A DNA stretch of 64,000 nt from Somniosus microcephalus (taxonomy: Eukaryota), in contig CM126220.1 of assembly GCA_052327205.1 (NCBI GenBank), forward strand, positions 42,718,001 to 42,782,000. Direction: 5' to 3'. The notes beneath the pieces were generated by a model. That model ran no database searches. It was not told where the DNA came from and saw only the letters and a list, made by a program, of their open reading frames with translations. Of the stretch, positions 12,484-24,019 are shown piece by piece. Position numbers and translations under genes: made by a program. Positions within the stretch are counted from its first letter, which is position 1, and each line of letters starts with the position of its first letter.

Positions 12484-13095
12484 AACATAAGAACATAAGA
12501 AATAGGAGCAGGAGTAGGCCAATCGGCCCCTCGAGCCTGCTCCGCCATTCAATAAGATCATGGCTGATCTGATCCTAACCGCCAATCTACTATCACTGAA
12601 CCATCTCCTGAATCTAACAGAATTAGACACACAAAATAGGAGCAGGATCAGGCTACATGGCCCCTGGGCCCGCTCCGCTACCCACAGGGCCATGACCGAT
12701 CCAAACCTAGACTCATGTCCAAATTCCTGCCCGCTCCCCATAACCCTTTACTTCTAGGAAACTGTCTATTTCTGTTTTAAATTTATGTAATGATGTAGCT
12801 TCTACAGCTTTTTGGGGCAGCATATTCCATGGACCTACCACCCTCTGAGTGAAGTAGTTCCTCCTCATCTCAGTTTTGAAAGAGCAGCCCCTAATTCTAA
12901 GACTATGCCCCCTAGTTCTAGTTTCACCCATCATCGGGAACATCCTCCCCGCATCCACCCGATCCAACCCCTTCACAATCTTATATGTTTCAATAAGATC
13001 GCCTCTCATTCTTCTGAACTCCAATGAGTAGAGTCCCAATCTACTCAACCTCTCCTCATATGTCCATCCCCTCATCCCCGGGATACATCTGACCA
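12484..13095 (-). mobile_element. CR1 LINE 3' fragment with duplicated 3' tail
   Basis: ORF 12713-13096 (YEERLSRLGLYSLEFRRMRGDLIETYKI...FTQRVV) is the CR1 ORF2 C-terminus; (TTCTTATG)n tail at the left end. Confidence 0.9.
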
Positions 13096-13490
13096 TTCGG
13101 TTCCCCTCAATTGATCAAAATGCTTTCTGAAGTTTTTTCATCCACCATTTTTCTCAGTAACTAGAATTTCTAATGTCCAAAACAAGGGTTTGAACAAAAT
13201 AAAACATTTGGAAAAAATACATATTTCACAACAACATGATTACATTTATCCATTGAATTGCCTTTTGTGTTTTTAACGCCTTTATTAAAGTTTTTTCTTG
13301 ACGGTCTCAACTTCTCCCAAAAGCCTGGTCTTGGACTTGAATTCTGTGTGTTGTCCTAGCATGTGCCATGTACCTAATTTCGCAGGATGCATCAGTATAG
13401 CTGCGCTGATGGAATATTGTTCTTTAGAGTCTAGCAACTTCTGCCAGTAGCTTTTCTTCAAATCATTTTGAAAAACAAAGTAACATTTTT

Positions 13491-13973
13491 GGGGGCTAAA
13501 TTTGGTTGATTTGTGCCTCCCGTTAGCACCCTAGGGCGGGGCATTAACAGGGCACAAATCAACTAGCACCTGGAGGCGGAAATTCAGCGGGAGGTTAGCG
13601 GCGGCGCTACGCCGCCGGCAATGACGTCATCGCCGTGCACAATGTCCCACTCGCGACCCGGCTGTAATATTGGGTGGCGCCCCCGACTTACCGTCGGACG
13701 CTATGTCCGCCAGGGTCAGGGGTCCTACCTGCGGCCGGGGCGGAGTTAGTTAAAGGGGAGGTGGCGGGCAGCCATATTTGTTGCTGGCCGCCTGTCAGCA
13801 CCTGCCCCCGAACCCCGTGAAGCCTGATCCCTGGTGGCCCAGCTAATAAGGGGAGGAAGGCCTGCAATACCATGGCGCGACGTGCCACAGCGCCACATAA
13901 CACCGCGGGGCGCTACCTGGGAAAATCGGCCGTGAGGGCGCTAACTTTTTCGGGGCACTAAAATGTTTACCCC
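13491..13973. mobile_element. GC-rich Harbinger-type MITE, internally deleted or degenerate
   Basis: Starts GGGGGCTAAATT; shares ATGACGTCATC, CCGTCGGACGCTATGTC, TAAAGGGGAG and GGAAGGCCTGCAATAC blocks with 35328-36086. Confidence 0.65.
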
Positions 13974-15799
13974 ATAGAGTTTAAATAGGTTTCTAATTAT
14001 TTCTTCTTTTCTCTTGACCGCTCCTGAAGGTGCTGATTTATTCTGCAGCATGATTCCAAGGGCACGGACAGCCCCCTGCTCCTTCATAGGTGAGCCCAGA
14101 GTATTGGCCGGCTATGTGACCATGTGGGAGAGTTAACCATGCTCTCACCCACATACGCATTTTTCAGCAGAGGTCCCTGGACAGGGTCACTGGAGTGAGA
14201 GGCTTTAGCTGGTTTCTTAACCCTCTCAGTGTGCAGACATGGAGGTCAATTGTATTTCCCTACCGAAACCCCCTGACTGAGATCAGTTACCTCAACACAG
14301 ACCTGTAGAATTACTGTAGAACCATGGCTTTTAAAGGGCATTACAAATTGGTGGACCAGTCTGGTGAGCTAGTTAGTAAACCGAGACCATTTTACCGTGT
14401 CAATGTTCACACAAAGCAGTGATCCACTGGGCCACCAAGGCAGCCCTGTGATTATTTAACGACTCACTGCATAATCTCCAGACCATTTTCAATTAACAGG
14501 CTAACCAATCACATTATACAACCAGGCAGCCTTCTGCTCCCACTTATCCATCCCTCTGAGGAGTGAAACCTCATGAAACACTCGCACTGCCTGAAGCATT
14601 AAAATGTCATACTTCCCCAAACTGCCCTTTCGCTTCTGTCTTGAAAAATCCTCTTAACAGAGACGGACAACATGAGTGGATCTCAGGCGAAACCAAAACA
14701 TAGTGCAGCACTGACTCCCAAAGCCAAGATTTCCTATTTAGCTCTGTGACCCAATACAGGAGAATAAATTGTTACGTAGATTTGACATTGTAATTCAGCT
14801 CCTGTTCAAAGCTGAAGTGTCAAACCACATATCTGATTTCTAAACAGCAGGGAAGCTCCAGTTTAAATCATTTTTGGCAGGGCATTTTCTTGTTAGACCA
14901 CATTACCGAACAGCCCCATCAGTCACTGCCCCAAGACGTTGATGGTGAATTTCACCTTGGTGGTCACACACAATGGCCGGCAGTGAATCGGCAGCCCGTT
15001 TTACACTCCATCAACAAATGCATTAACTGATCAATCTCCTTCTTTCTATGGGGATTTTCCAGTAACCAGCACTCCGACAGAATGGTGACAGTTAACATTA
15101 ACTACTGCAAAGCATTAAAATATTCCTGTACATTACGGTTCTCATTAAAAGTAAACAAAAGTCAGTGGTACAAGCAGAACATAGAAAAAAGAAATGTGGA
15201 CTGCAGATTCTGTTCCACTCCTGAATGGGACCTTAATCATGAGGCAAAAAAGCTCGTCCATTCGTGGAATAAATCCTCCACTCAACATTTCCCCAATGAA
15301 CATCCTGTGAGGGGGTTTCTCCGATACTGGTCCCCCGTTACACACAGTTCTTGACGTCAGGATTTATAACAACAAAATACACACGGCACAGGATTTTGGC
15401 TCAACCTTTGATTCGTTCGTTTATTGAACACACACACACACAATTACTTCCCTAGTATAAATCCCTACGATTTATATCAGGCTAACAACCCCAAAATACA
15501 TAAGGGTCATTTGCATCGACACAATATGCCACAGTTAAACCCGTCCGCGATTTGACTGCTACATATAAAGTTACCCAGGCTCAATCACAAAACCCTTATT
15601 GTGATCTGACTGAAACTCTCAAACTTACTCAGACTCGATCATAAAAGCCCCCTCTATGATTTGGCTGAAACATACAATCACCACTCCCGATCGGCTGTCT
15701 CTTGGAGTTGATTGTAGGCCCGAATCTTTCTGTTCGCTGTTCTGCCGTCGGCTTCCCACACACTGGGCTTGATTTTCCAAGCCCCGAGGAGGCGGGTTT

Positions 15800-16034
15800 T
15801 GTGGTGTATGTAACCTGTACCACCTTAAGAGACTACCTTAAGAGATGGACTACTTTCTCATGGCTACTGTATATTGTAGTACCGGTGGTGACCACACCGG
15901 TCTATAAACTCTGTGTAGTAATTTGCTAAGCAGTTCAGCCCTGACCTTCGATTAGCAAAGACCTGTTTAAGTTATTCTTGTTGTCTGTGTCCAGTGATTT
16001 AGAATAAGCATATCTGGGACACTCAGACTCAACA
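15800..16034 (+). repeat. 5' LTR of Mag-like Gypsy
   Basis: TGTGGTG...TCAACA; TATAAA at 15903-15908; five substitutions versus the 3' LTR by manual comparison. Confidence 0.95.
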
Positions 16035-16035
16035 G

Positions 16036-16045
16036 TGGCGACGAG
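16036..16045 (+). promoter_or_regulatory. Primer-binding site, probably tRNA-Ser(GCU)
   Basis: TGGCGACGAG one base after the LTR, complementary to the ...CTCGTCGCCA 3' end of vertebrate tRNA-Ser(GCU). Confidence 0.8.
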
Positions 16046-16765
16046 TCCGATCTTACCCTGCGGCAGTTTTGCATCCAAGGCAGCTTCGTCCTCAGAACGG
16101 GCGTCGAGAAGAGGCATCCGCCATCATCATCCTGCTGAGCACCGCATCGCACGGGAGGCATCGAGAACCCGGGTTGAAATTACTGACCACGAAGTCCTCC
16201 ATCAGCGACAGGCAGTGATCATCCTTCTACCACGGTGGTGGGTAAGCCGATCTAGCGACACGGGCAGAAAGTCGGCCGCGTTGTCAGTGGAGAAGGGGAG
16301 GGAAACCGGAGGAAAAAGGGCTGAGAACTCGACCGCAGCCGGTGAAAAGGGCCGGGCTGCAATCGGGGCCGAGAGGCGCAGCGACAAGGGCAGCGTTAAT
16401 GCCACGAGAACCGCGGAGAACTCGACCGTAGCCGGTGTAAAGGGCCGGGCTGCAATCGGGGCTGAGAGGCGCAGCAACGAGGGAAGCGTTAATGCCCACG
16501 AGAACCGCGGGGGAGCAAAAGCAGCGTCGGGGAAATTAAGAACCGCTGGGAGGCGAGAACGGCAACAGCGCGGTCATCGCCATTGTAGCCAGCGGGGGAA
16601 GAAGACAAGCGCGGGAAGCTGCCATTGTAGTCAGCGGGGGGAAGAAGACAAGCGCGGGAAAAGCCGCCAAGCGCGGGAAGCCGCCATTTTAGTAGGCGGG
16701 GGAAGAAGACAAGCGCGGGAAGCCGCCATTTTGGAAAAATAAAATATTTAAAGAAACTCTCAAGG

Positions 16766-19700
16766 ATGCCTAAACACGGTAACATCACTGCTTTTGATAG
16801 CGATGTTGAAGATTGGGCCACGTATGTAGAACGCATTGAAGTTTATTGTACAGCAAATGAGGTACCAGATGATAAGAAAGCACTAACCTTATTAAACTCA
16901 ATGGGTGCGAAGACGTACGGGTTATTGAGGCACCTTGTAACACCAGATAAACCGGCGGATCAGACTTTCGCGAATATTGTTACTATCCTGCAAGAACATT
17001 TAAACCCCACGCCGCTGCTGATAGCGGAACGATTTAAATTTTACAGAAGAACGCAGCTGAAAGAGGAAAGCAACGCTGAATTCTTAATTGAACTGCGCAA
17101 GCTATCAAAGTACTGTCAGTTTGGTACAGGACTAGCAGATGCTCTGAGAGATAAATTCGTGTGTGGATTATTAAAAGAAGGAACACAAAAGCGACTGCTA
17201 GAGGAAAAGGACCTTACGCTTGATAAAGCTGTCACCATTGCAGCATCGCACGAGGCCGCAGCAAGAGGCACCGCGGAAATGCAGCTAAGGTCATCGGAAC
17301 TCAGCACCAATCAAATGGCATTGGGTGCAGTAAAGTGTTATCATTGCAGAAGGACAACGCATGATCAGAACCAGTGCTGGTTCAAAAATCAGGAATGCAG
17401 AAAATGTGGCAAGCTCGGTCACATAGCTAAAGTATGCCGGTCAGGAAAGAAGACCAGCAACAAAAAGTCACCGCAGGAAAAGTGCAAAAAGGTACACAAG
17501 GTGACAGAACAGTTCGGATGAACAGAAGACGGATTCAGACTCCAGCAGTAAGGAACTGGGTTGTCTAAGAATACATAATGTGGGTAACACAGCAGACCAC
17601 CAAACTATCTGGGTCACACTTCAGATAGCAGGAGTCCAAGTGAAGATGGAATTGGACACTGGATCGGCATTGACGGTCATGAATAAGCAAGATTACAAAA
17701 GGTTATTTCCACACATTCCCCTAAGGGATACGGAGATTGTATTGAAAACATACACGGGGCAAAGAGTATGCCCCATTGGAAAGATAAAGGTAAAGGTGGT
17801 CCACAAGGGTAAAGAAAGCCGAGGAATGGACTTATATGTGTTACCTGAGGGAGGTCCACCACTACTGGGACGGGAATGGATCAGGAGAATAAACATGGAC
17901 TGGCATTCCTTAAAAGCACTAACTGTAGATTCCGGTAAAAAGGACGATGTCAAACCTAAACGACTGTCCAGAATATTGGACGATGCTAAAGAGGTGTTCC
18001 AGCAGGGACTGGGAACACTGAAAGGAATTACGGCAAACATCAAGGTTGAAGAACATGCAAACCCGAAATTTTTCAAAGCTAGGCCGGTACCTTATACGAT
18101 ACGACCTGCTGTGGAAGCTGAGCTGGAAGGACTAGAACGTTCCGGAGTACTGTCAAAGGTGGACTGGAGTGAATGGGCCACGCCCATTGTTCCCGTCATG
18201 AAGCGTTCATCGAGTAACAAGCCGGGGGAACCGGGGAAGGTTCGCATCTGTGGCGGTTTCAAGATCACTGTTAATCCGGTGCTTCACACGGTGCAATATC
18301 CGCTTCCACGGATTGAGGATATCTTCGCTTCGTTGTCTGGCGGGAAACACTTCACCAAGATAGACCTGGCGCAGGCGTACGTACAGATGGAAGTTGATGA
18401 AGTGTCACGCCAGTATCTCACGATCAACACGCATAAGGGCTTATATCGGTATAATAGACTGGTTTTTGGAGTGGCATCGGCTCCAGCGATTTGGCAAAGG
18501 GCCATGGAGCAGGTATTACAGGGAATTCCAGGCACACAATGCTACCTGGACGACATTCTGATTACAGGAGATGATGATGAGGAACACCTTGCAAATTTGG
18601 AACAGGTGCTCACCAGATTGAAAGAATATGGACTTCGAGTTAATCGCCAGAAATGTGAGTTCTTTCAGAAGCAAATCTCGTAATGTGGTCACGTCATTGA
18701 CCAGGAGGGGCTTCACAAGTCACCTGACAAGATCGAAGCTGTTGTGAAGGCTCCCGCTCCGGAAAATGTATCCCAGTTGAGGTCGTTCCTAGGGTTGATT
18801 AACTATTACCATAATTTTCTGCCAAATTTATCCACGGTGCTACACCCGCTGAACGCTCTTTTGCAGAAGGGAGTGCCATGGAAGTGGAGCGAGGACTGTA
18901 AGTGGGCCTTTCACAAAAGCAAGGCATTGATCACCTCTAAGGAAGTGTTGGCTCACTTTAACCCAACGCTGCCTATTCGTTTAGCTTGTGATGCTTCTCC
19001 ATATGGTATTGGGGCAGTGCTCTCACATAAGTTGCCAAATGGCTTGGAAAGACCAGTCGCATTCGCATCCAGATCATTGACCTCCGCTGAGCGCAACTAT
19101 GCTCAGATAGATAGGGAGGCTCTCAGCCTTGTGTGGGGAGTAAAAAAATTTAATCATTACCTGCAAGGGCAAAAGTTTACGCTGCTGACCGACCACCAGC
19201 CGTTGGTTTCCATTTTTAACCCTAAGAAGGGTGTTTCGGTGATGACAGCGCAGAGGCTCTAGAGATGGTCCCTTTTCCTAGGGGCACATCAATATCAGAT
19301 CGAATTCAAAGGTACAAAGCAACATGGTAATGCTGATGGGCTGTCGCGCCTGCCACTACCTACAGCGGAAGAGGCACCGACAGTTGACCCTGTTGTGTTA
19401 TTTCACTCGACCATCATCGAATGTTTACCAGTCACCAATGCAAGTATTGAGAGAGAAACCAGGAATGACCCGACACTGTCTCGGGTCTACGAATTGACAG
19501 TGAAGGGATGGCCAGCTCATGGTGAACCACTGTTACCGGCATTCTCAGCCAGACGAGAACAGCTGTCCGTCTGTCAAGGAACATTGATGTATGGAACAAG
19601 GGTGATTATTCCTCCTAAATTAAGGGAGAGAGTTCTAAAGGAATTGCATGAAGGTCATCTGGGGGGAGTCAAGATGAAAAGCCTTGCTAGGGCTTATGTG

Positions 19701-20717
19701 TGGTGGCCAGGTATCGACCAACAAATAGAGGATCTGACTAAAAGCTGCTCAGGGTGCCAAAAAGTCCAAAATGCACCTCCAATTGCACCGCTGCATCCAT
19801 GGGAATGGCCGTCAACCCCATGGCAACGTGTACATATTGACTTCGCAGGTCCATTCATGGACTCCATGTTTTTAATTGCGATAGACGCACATTCTAAATG
19901 GCCAGAAGTGATTAAGATGGTGACCACTACCTCGGAAAAGACGATCGCAGTTCTAAGAACGATATTCGCAAGAAATGGATTGCCAGAACAAATATGTTCA
20001 GACAACGGACCGCAGTTCGTGTCAGAAGAATTCCAGAAATTCATGAAGAAGAATGGGGTGAAACATTATACCTCTGCCCTATATCATCCGGCTACAAATG
20101 GGTTGGCCGAGAGATTTGTACAAACGTTCAAAAAGGCGATAAAGGCCATGAGCGAAGACCAGATTCCACTACAACACAAGGTGGACAATTTCCTAATGGC
20201 ATATCGAAACGCCACTCATGCAGTGACAAATCAAAGCCCTGCCATGATGTTCTATAACAGGAGGTTGCGGTCCAGGTTGGACTTGTTAAAATCAAATGTG
20301 CGGAGGGAAGTCGAAAACAAACAGTTCCAGCATATAAATAACAAGACCACTCGGAGTTTCGAAATAGGACAACCAGTGTTAGCCCGGGACTATAAGAATG
20401 AGAAATGGCAATCTGGAACAATTCGTGCCAGACAAGGACCCCTGATGTACACGGTAGATATTGGTGAAAACGTAATACGACGTCATGCTGACCAACTTGT
20501 AGAATCGAGAACAAGGGTCGAACCCATGACTACGACAGAGACACCAGTGGAAGAAGTTAGTGAACCTGAAGCATCTACCTCAGACGCCAATGTATCTGAT
20601 GATGTCCAATCCATAAGAGATCAACTAGATGAGTCACCCCAGCAACGAGAATCAGAGACCCCTGAAAGGCGTTATCCAACTCGGATCAGGAGGCCTCCTC
20701 AGAGACTGAATCTTTGA
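16766..20717 (+). pseudogene. Gypsy gag-pol polyprotein, disrupted
   Basis: Gag with two Zn knuckles (CYHC..H....C, CRKCGKLGHIAKVC), protease LDTGSA, RT YLDD, RNase H CDASPYG, integrase HHCC and HIDFAG/SDNG/LAER. Frame change near 17510-17521; in-frame stops TAA 18681-18683 and TAG 19260-19262; RICGDFK motif reads RICGGFK. Confidence 0.95.
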
Positions 20718-20800
20718 ACAGTTTTGCATGAAGTTGTATATATGTTATCCATGTTATGTTTAAATTGGGATGTACACTGTTAAGCTAAAAAGGGAGGAAT

Positions 20801-21035
20801 TGTGGTGTATGTAACCTGTACCACCTTAAGAGACTACCTTAAGAGATGGACTACTTTCTCTTGGCTACTGTATATTGTAGTACTGGTGGTGACCACACCA
20901 GTATATAAACTCTGTGTAGTAATTTGCTAAGCAGTTCAGCCCTGACCTTCGATTAGTAAAGACCTGTTTAAGTTATTCTTGTTGTCTGTGTCCAGTGATT
21001 TAGAATAAGCATATCTGGGACACTCAGACTCAACA
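20801..21035 (+). repeat. 3' LTR of Mag-like Gypsy
   Basis: Direct repeat of 15800-16034, preceded by the polypurine tract. Confidence 0.95.
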
Positions 21036-22924
21036 GGTTTGGAGGCAGGAGTGGTGGGAAAATTGCAGAATCGGGGGGCAGGAACCCATCCCGCCTCCGT
21101 GCCAATGTCCCAGGAGGCGGGTACCCGACCTGTGCTGGGAGCCGCCTCCCCAAGGTGGGAAGAGGATTAGTGCCAATTAACAGCCTATTAACAGGTAGTT
21201 AACAGGCAGTTTTTTGCCTAATCCCTATTTTTAGCCCTGAAGTGTGGGCTGTCGGACGGCTCCGAACCACGCCAAGTTAGCGAGGTGGACCGTTGGTCTG
21301 CAGGGGTTGGAGGGGTCGAGATGTCTGGTGTGCAGGTGAGTGATGGGTGCATGTGTGGCGAGGTAAGTGTGTGAGGTAAGTGTAAAGTGTTTTAATAAGT
21401 TTTACTTACCTTTACTTTCTCCTGCAGGCTTCCTTCCTTCAGTTCTCGGGAGTCCCTCAGTTCACCGGCACAGAAAGCAGAATGGCCGCTGAACTGTCAA
21501 AAGCTGCAGCCTCTGCTTTCTGGTCTGGAGAGCTCTCTAACTGAGTCTGAGTAGAAGGACTCAAGTTAGAAGACAGATTGTCAGTGTTTGACAGCCTCAC
21601 AGAGCTGTCAAACGCTGATTTTTCATCTGTCAAAAGCTCGTGACAGATGAAATGTCAATCGCTGACGTCACCAGTAACCAGGTGTCCCTTAATTGGCCAG
21701 CTGAGCCCACTGGGCGGGCTTAACAGGGTCAATCAAGGGAAAATAGCGTGGGTTGGCCACAAGTCGATGGAGGCGGGACTACAACCCAAAAAGTGGGAGT
21801 CCCGCCTCCAAAAGCTCCCCATTGACAAAATCCAGCCCACTGTCTTCGAAGTGATCTTACTTTAAACCAAAACCAACTTTCAGTATTTCCTGGCCCCCTC
21901 TGAGCATGTGAGGCCATGTCAAAATGTGTGAATTGTTCCTGGTATTGTCCATTGATTTGAGATATCTTTTTGACAATGCAACCCTCCCAAAGTGACTGCA
22001 TATGCTAGGTTGTTGGTTTCTGTTAGCATTCGTATTCAAAAGGTTCGAGGCCCGGCCCATTGTCTAGGCCTGCACTGAAACTGGTTATTCGGGGGCCATG
22101 GTCTAAGGTGGACAATGTAACCCCTTAAGGTACATGAATATACAAATGTCCTTGTATCTTCCCTAGACAGAAAACCTTCGTATGGCAATTCGGCAGCAAT
22201 GTCTGAATTAACCCTTTATTGCCCAGCTCTTTTTGCGGGCTGTGCCCTTCTGGGTTTTAATATTTCATAGTCCAATATTTTTACCGTTGGGGGGAGGAAT
22301 TTATCCTACAATCCTCTACCTACATGTCAAGCTTCTGCTACTTCTGTGCAATTGACTTGTTCAGCATTTGTGAGCTGAACACGTACCTCGATGCAGGGTG
22401 CAGCAAATTGTAGTGAAGTGGATAGTGTGACTTTCTATGGCAGTTGAATTCTGAATTGAAACTACTGTTTGATAAGATGGCAACTAATTCTGCACACAGA
22501 CTAATCCATGGAACTGATCTGGCTCTTTATACTAATTAGCAACGAGCTGAAGGATTATAGCATGTTTATTTGATTCAGTGATCTCAAAAGGCATTCCTCT
22601 ACCAGTCTGCAAGAACCAGGAAATGACAGCATGACATTTTGAAATCCAGACACTGCGACCTCCATCTGTAAATCCATCACTTCACTGAGCTTTGCACTGC
22701 AGCAAGACAGCCAAGAGTCAGGTAGTAGAATCACCGTATTAAATAACCAGTTGGAACCATGTCTTTTAAAGGTTGTTAATAGACTGGCTGTATTTTAGTG
22801 ACTTTTAGTGAGTTGGAAGAGATAATGTTCCCAGCAATTTTATGTGCACCACTGGAGAAGGACACGTTTTGATTTCATATGTCCTTGAATTGGATGTTTT
22901 TTTAAACAATAAATAACAGGAAAT

Positions 22925-23385
22925 AACAACAGAAAATGCAGGAAAAAACTCAGCAGGTCAGGCAACATCCGTGGAGAGAAATTTGAGTTGACGTTTCGGG
23001 TCGAAACCCTTTTTCAAAACTGGAAAGGAAATAAAATAGATCGAAGGCAGGGCTGCGATCGAACAAAAGAAGTAAAAGAGACATTAAAAGGTATTCAAAA
23101 CCAGACGAGATGGTAATAGGCCAGTCGAGACAAAAGACAGCTGAGATTAGGTGTGAAGTGCATTGGCAGGATAAGAGACAGCTGCCAGGTGGGAGAGAGA
23201 AAAAAAAGGAAAGGGGCGGGGAGAAGGAGGACCCAAAACAAAGGGGTGGAAAAATATATAAGTAAAAAAGTAATAGGGGCCGAGGTTATGATCTGAAATT
23301 GTTGAACTCGATATCGAGTCCGGAAGGCTGCAAAGTGCCTAATTGGAAGATGAGGTGCTGTTCCTCGAGTTTGCTGTTCCTCGAG
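22925..23385 (-). mobile_element. Penelope-like retroelement 3' fragment
   Basis: Minus-strand peptide KLEEQHLIFQLGTLQPSGLDIEFNNFRS* (GIY-YIG endonuclease C-terminus), then a pyrimidine-rich stretch and a pseudo-LTR with degenerate hammerhead core ...GGGTTTCGACCCGAAACGTC. Confidence 0.75.
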
Positions 23386-24019
23386 TTTACGTTGCTATCG
23401 TAATTGTAAAATAGACCCAAGCATGAAATGTAGAACTTGCCATAAATACAAAATGTTACAGTCTTTGAATAAACAGCACTGATTTGGGATTTTGCATTAT
23501 AAAGGATACAATGGCCTCCATTATTAAGCACGACTAATCGATTGCAAATCAGTTTGACATACGTCTTCCAAAATAGGCAGTACATAAATTGGGAATGAAT
23601 GTGACCATTTTATGAAAGTTTAATCTAATCAAATGTAAAACAAGATCAACTTAATTTGAAACTGTTCCTAAATACTGATCTCTTGTGCCATTTTCAATAT
23701 CAACTTGAACTGTTGATATTTTGAACCAACTTCGTTGTTTAGTATATATAACAATAAGAAAATTGGAAAATGCTGGAAATGCTCAGCAGGTCAGGCAGCA
23801 TCTGTGTAGAGAGAAACAGAGTTAACGTTTCAGGTCGGTGCTGCCTAGCCAGCATCGGCAGTATTTTGCTTTTGTATTAGTTGTTTAGCGTTCAGTTACT
23901 TTCGCAGTGTCAACCAGGTACTTGCCCATTCGAATTTGACATTTGCTTTCATCAAGTTTACCCCAAGGCTATTTCAATAAATTTTAAAAATTATTATAAA
24001 GCATATGAGCGACGCAAAA

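Larger units (their letters stand above)
15800..21035 (+). mobile_element. Full-length Ty3/Gypsy LTR retrotransposon, Mag-like, inactivated
   Basis: Two 235-bp LTRs, 5-bp TSD GGTTT (15795-15799, 21036-21040), PBS, polypurine tract AAAAAGGGAGGAA at about 20787-20799, and gag-PR-RT-RH-IN order. Confidence 0.97.
15765..21838 (-). mobile_element. PIF/Harbinger-type MITE B (about 830 bp, interrupted by Gypsy at 15800-21035)
   Basis: TIRs GGGCTTGATTTT / AAAATCCAGCCC; exact TSD ACT (15762-15764, 21839-21841); homologous to MITE A. Confidence 0.85.
15306..22310 (-). mobile_element. Solo LTR (about 930 bp once the nested MITE and Gypsy are removed)
   Basis: TG...CA termini; exact 4-bp TSD ATCC (15302-15305, 22311-22314); minus-strand AATAAA at 15420-15425; minus-strand start TGTAGGAT matches the solo LTR at 27814. 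Confidence 0.75.

Noticed and set aside
16035-16742. 235-aa ORF upstream of gag as an extra retroelement gene
   Set aside because: It starts at a GTG in the PBS, is made largely of leader repeats and has no counterpart in the related leader at 63316-63838.
17510-19262. Programmed frameshift or stop read-through in the Mag-like gag-pol
   Set aside because: No slippery site is evident at the frame change, and the stops replace expected Tyr and Gln codons in conserved motifs (ISYCGH, RLQRW), so decay is the simpler reading.
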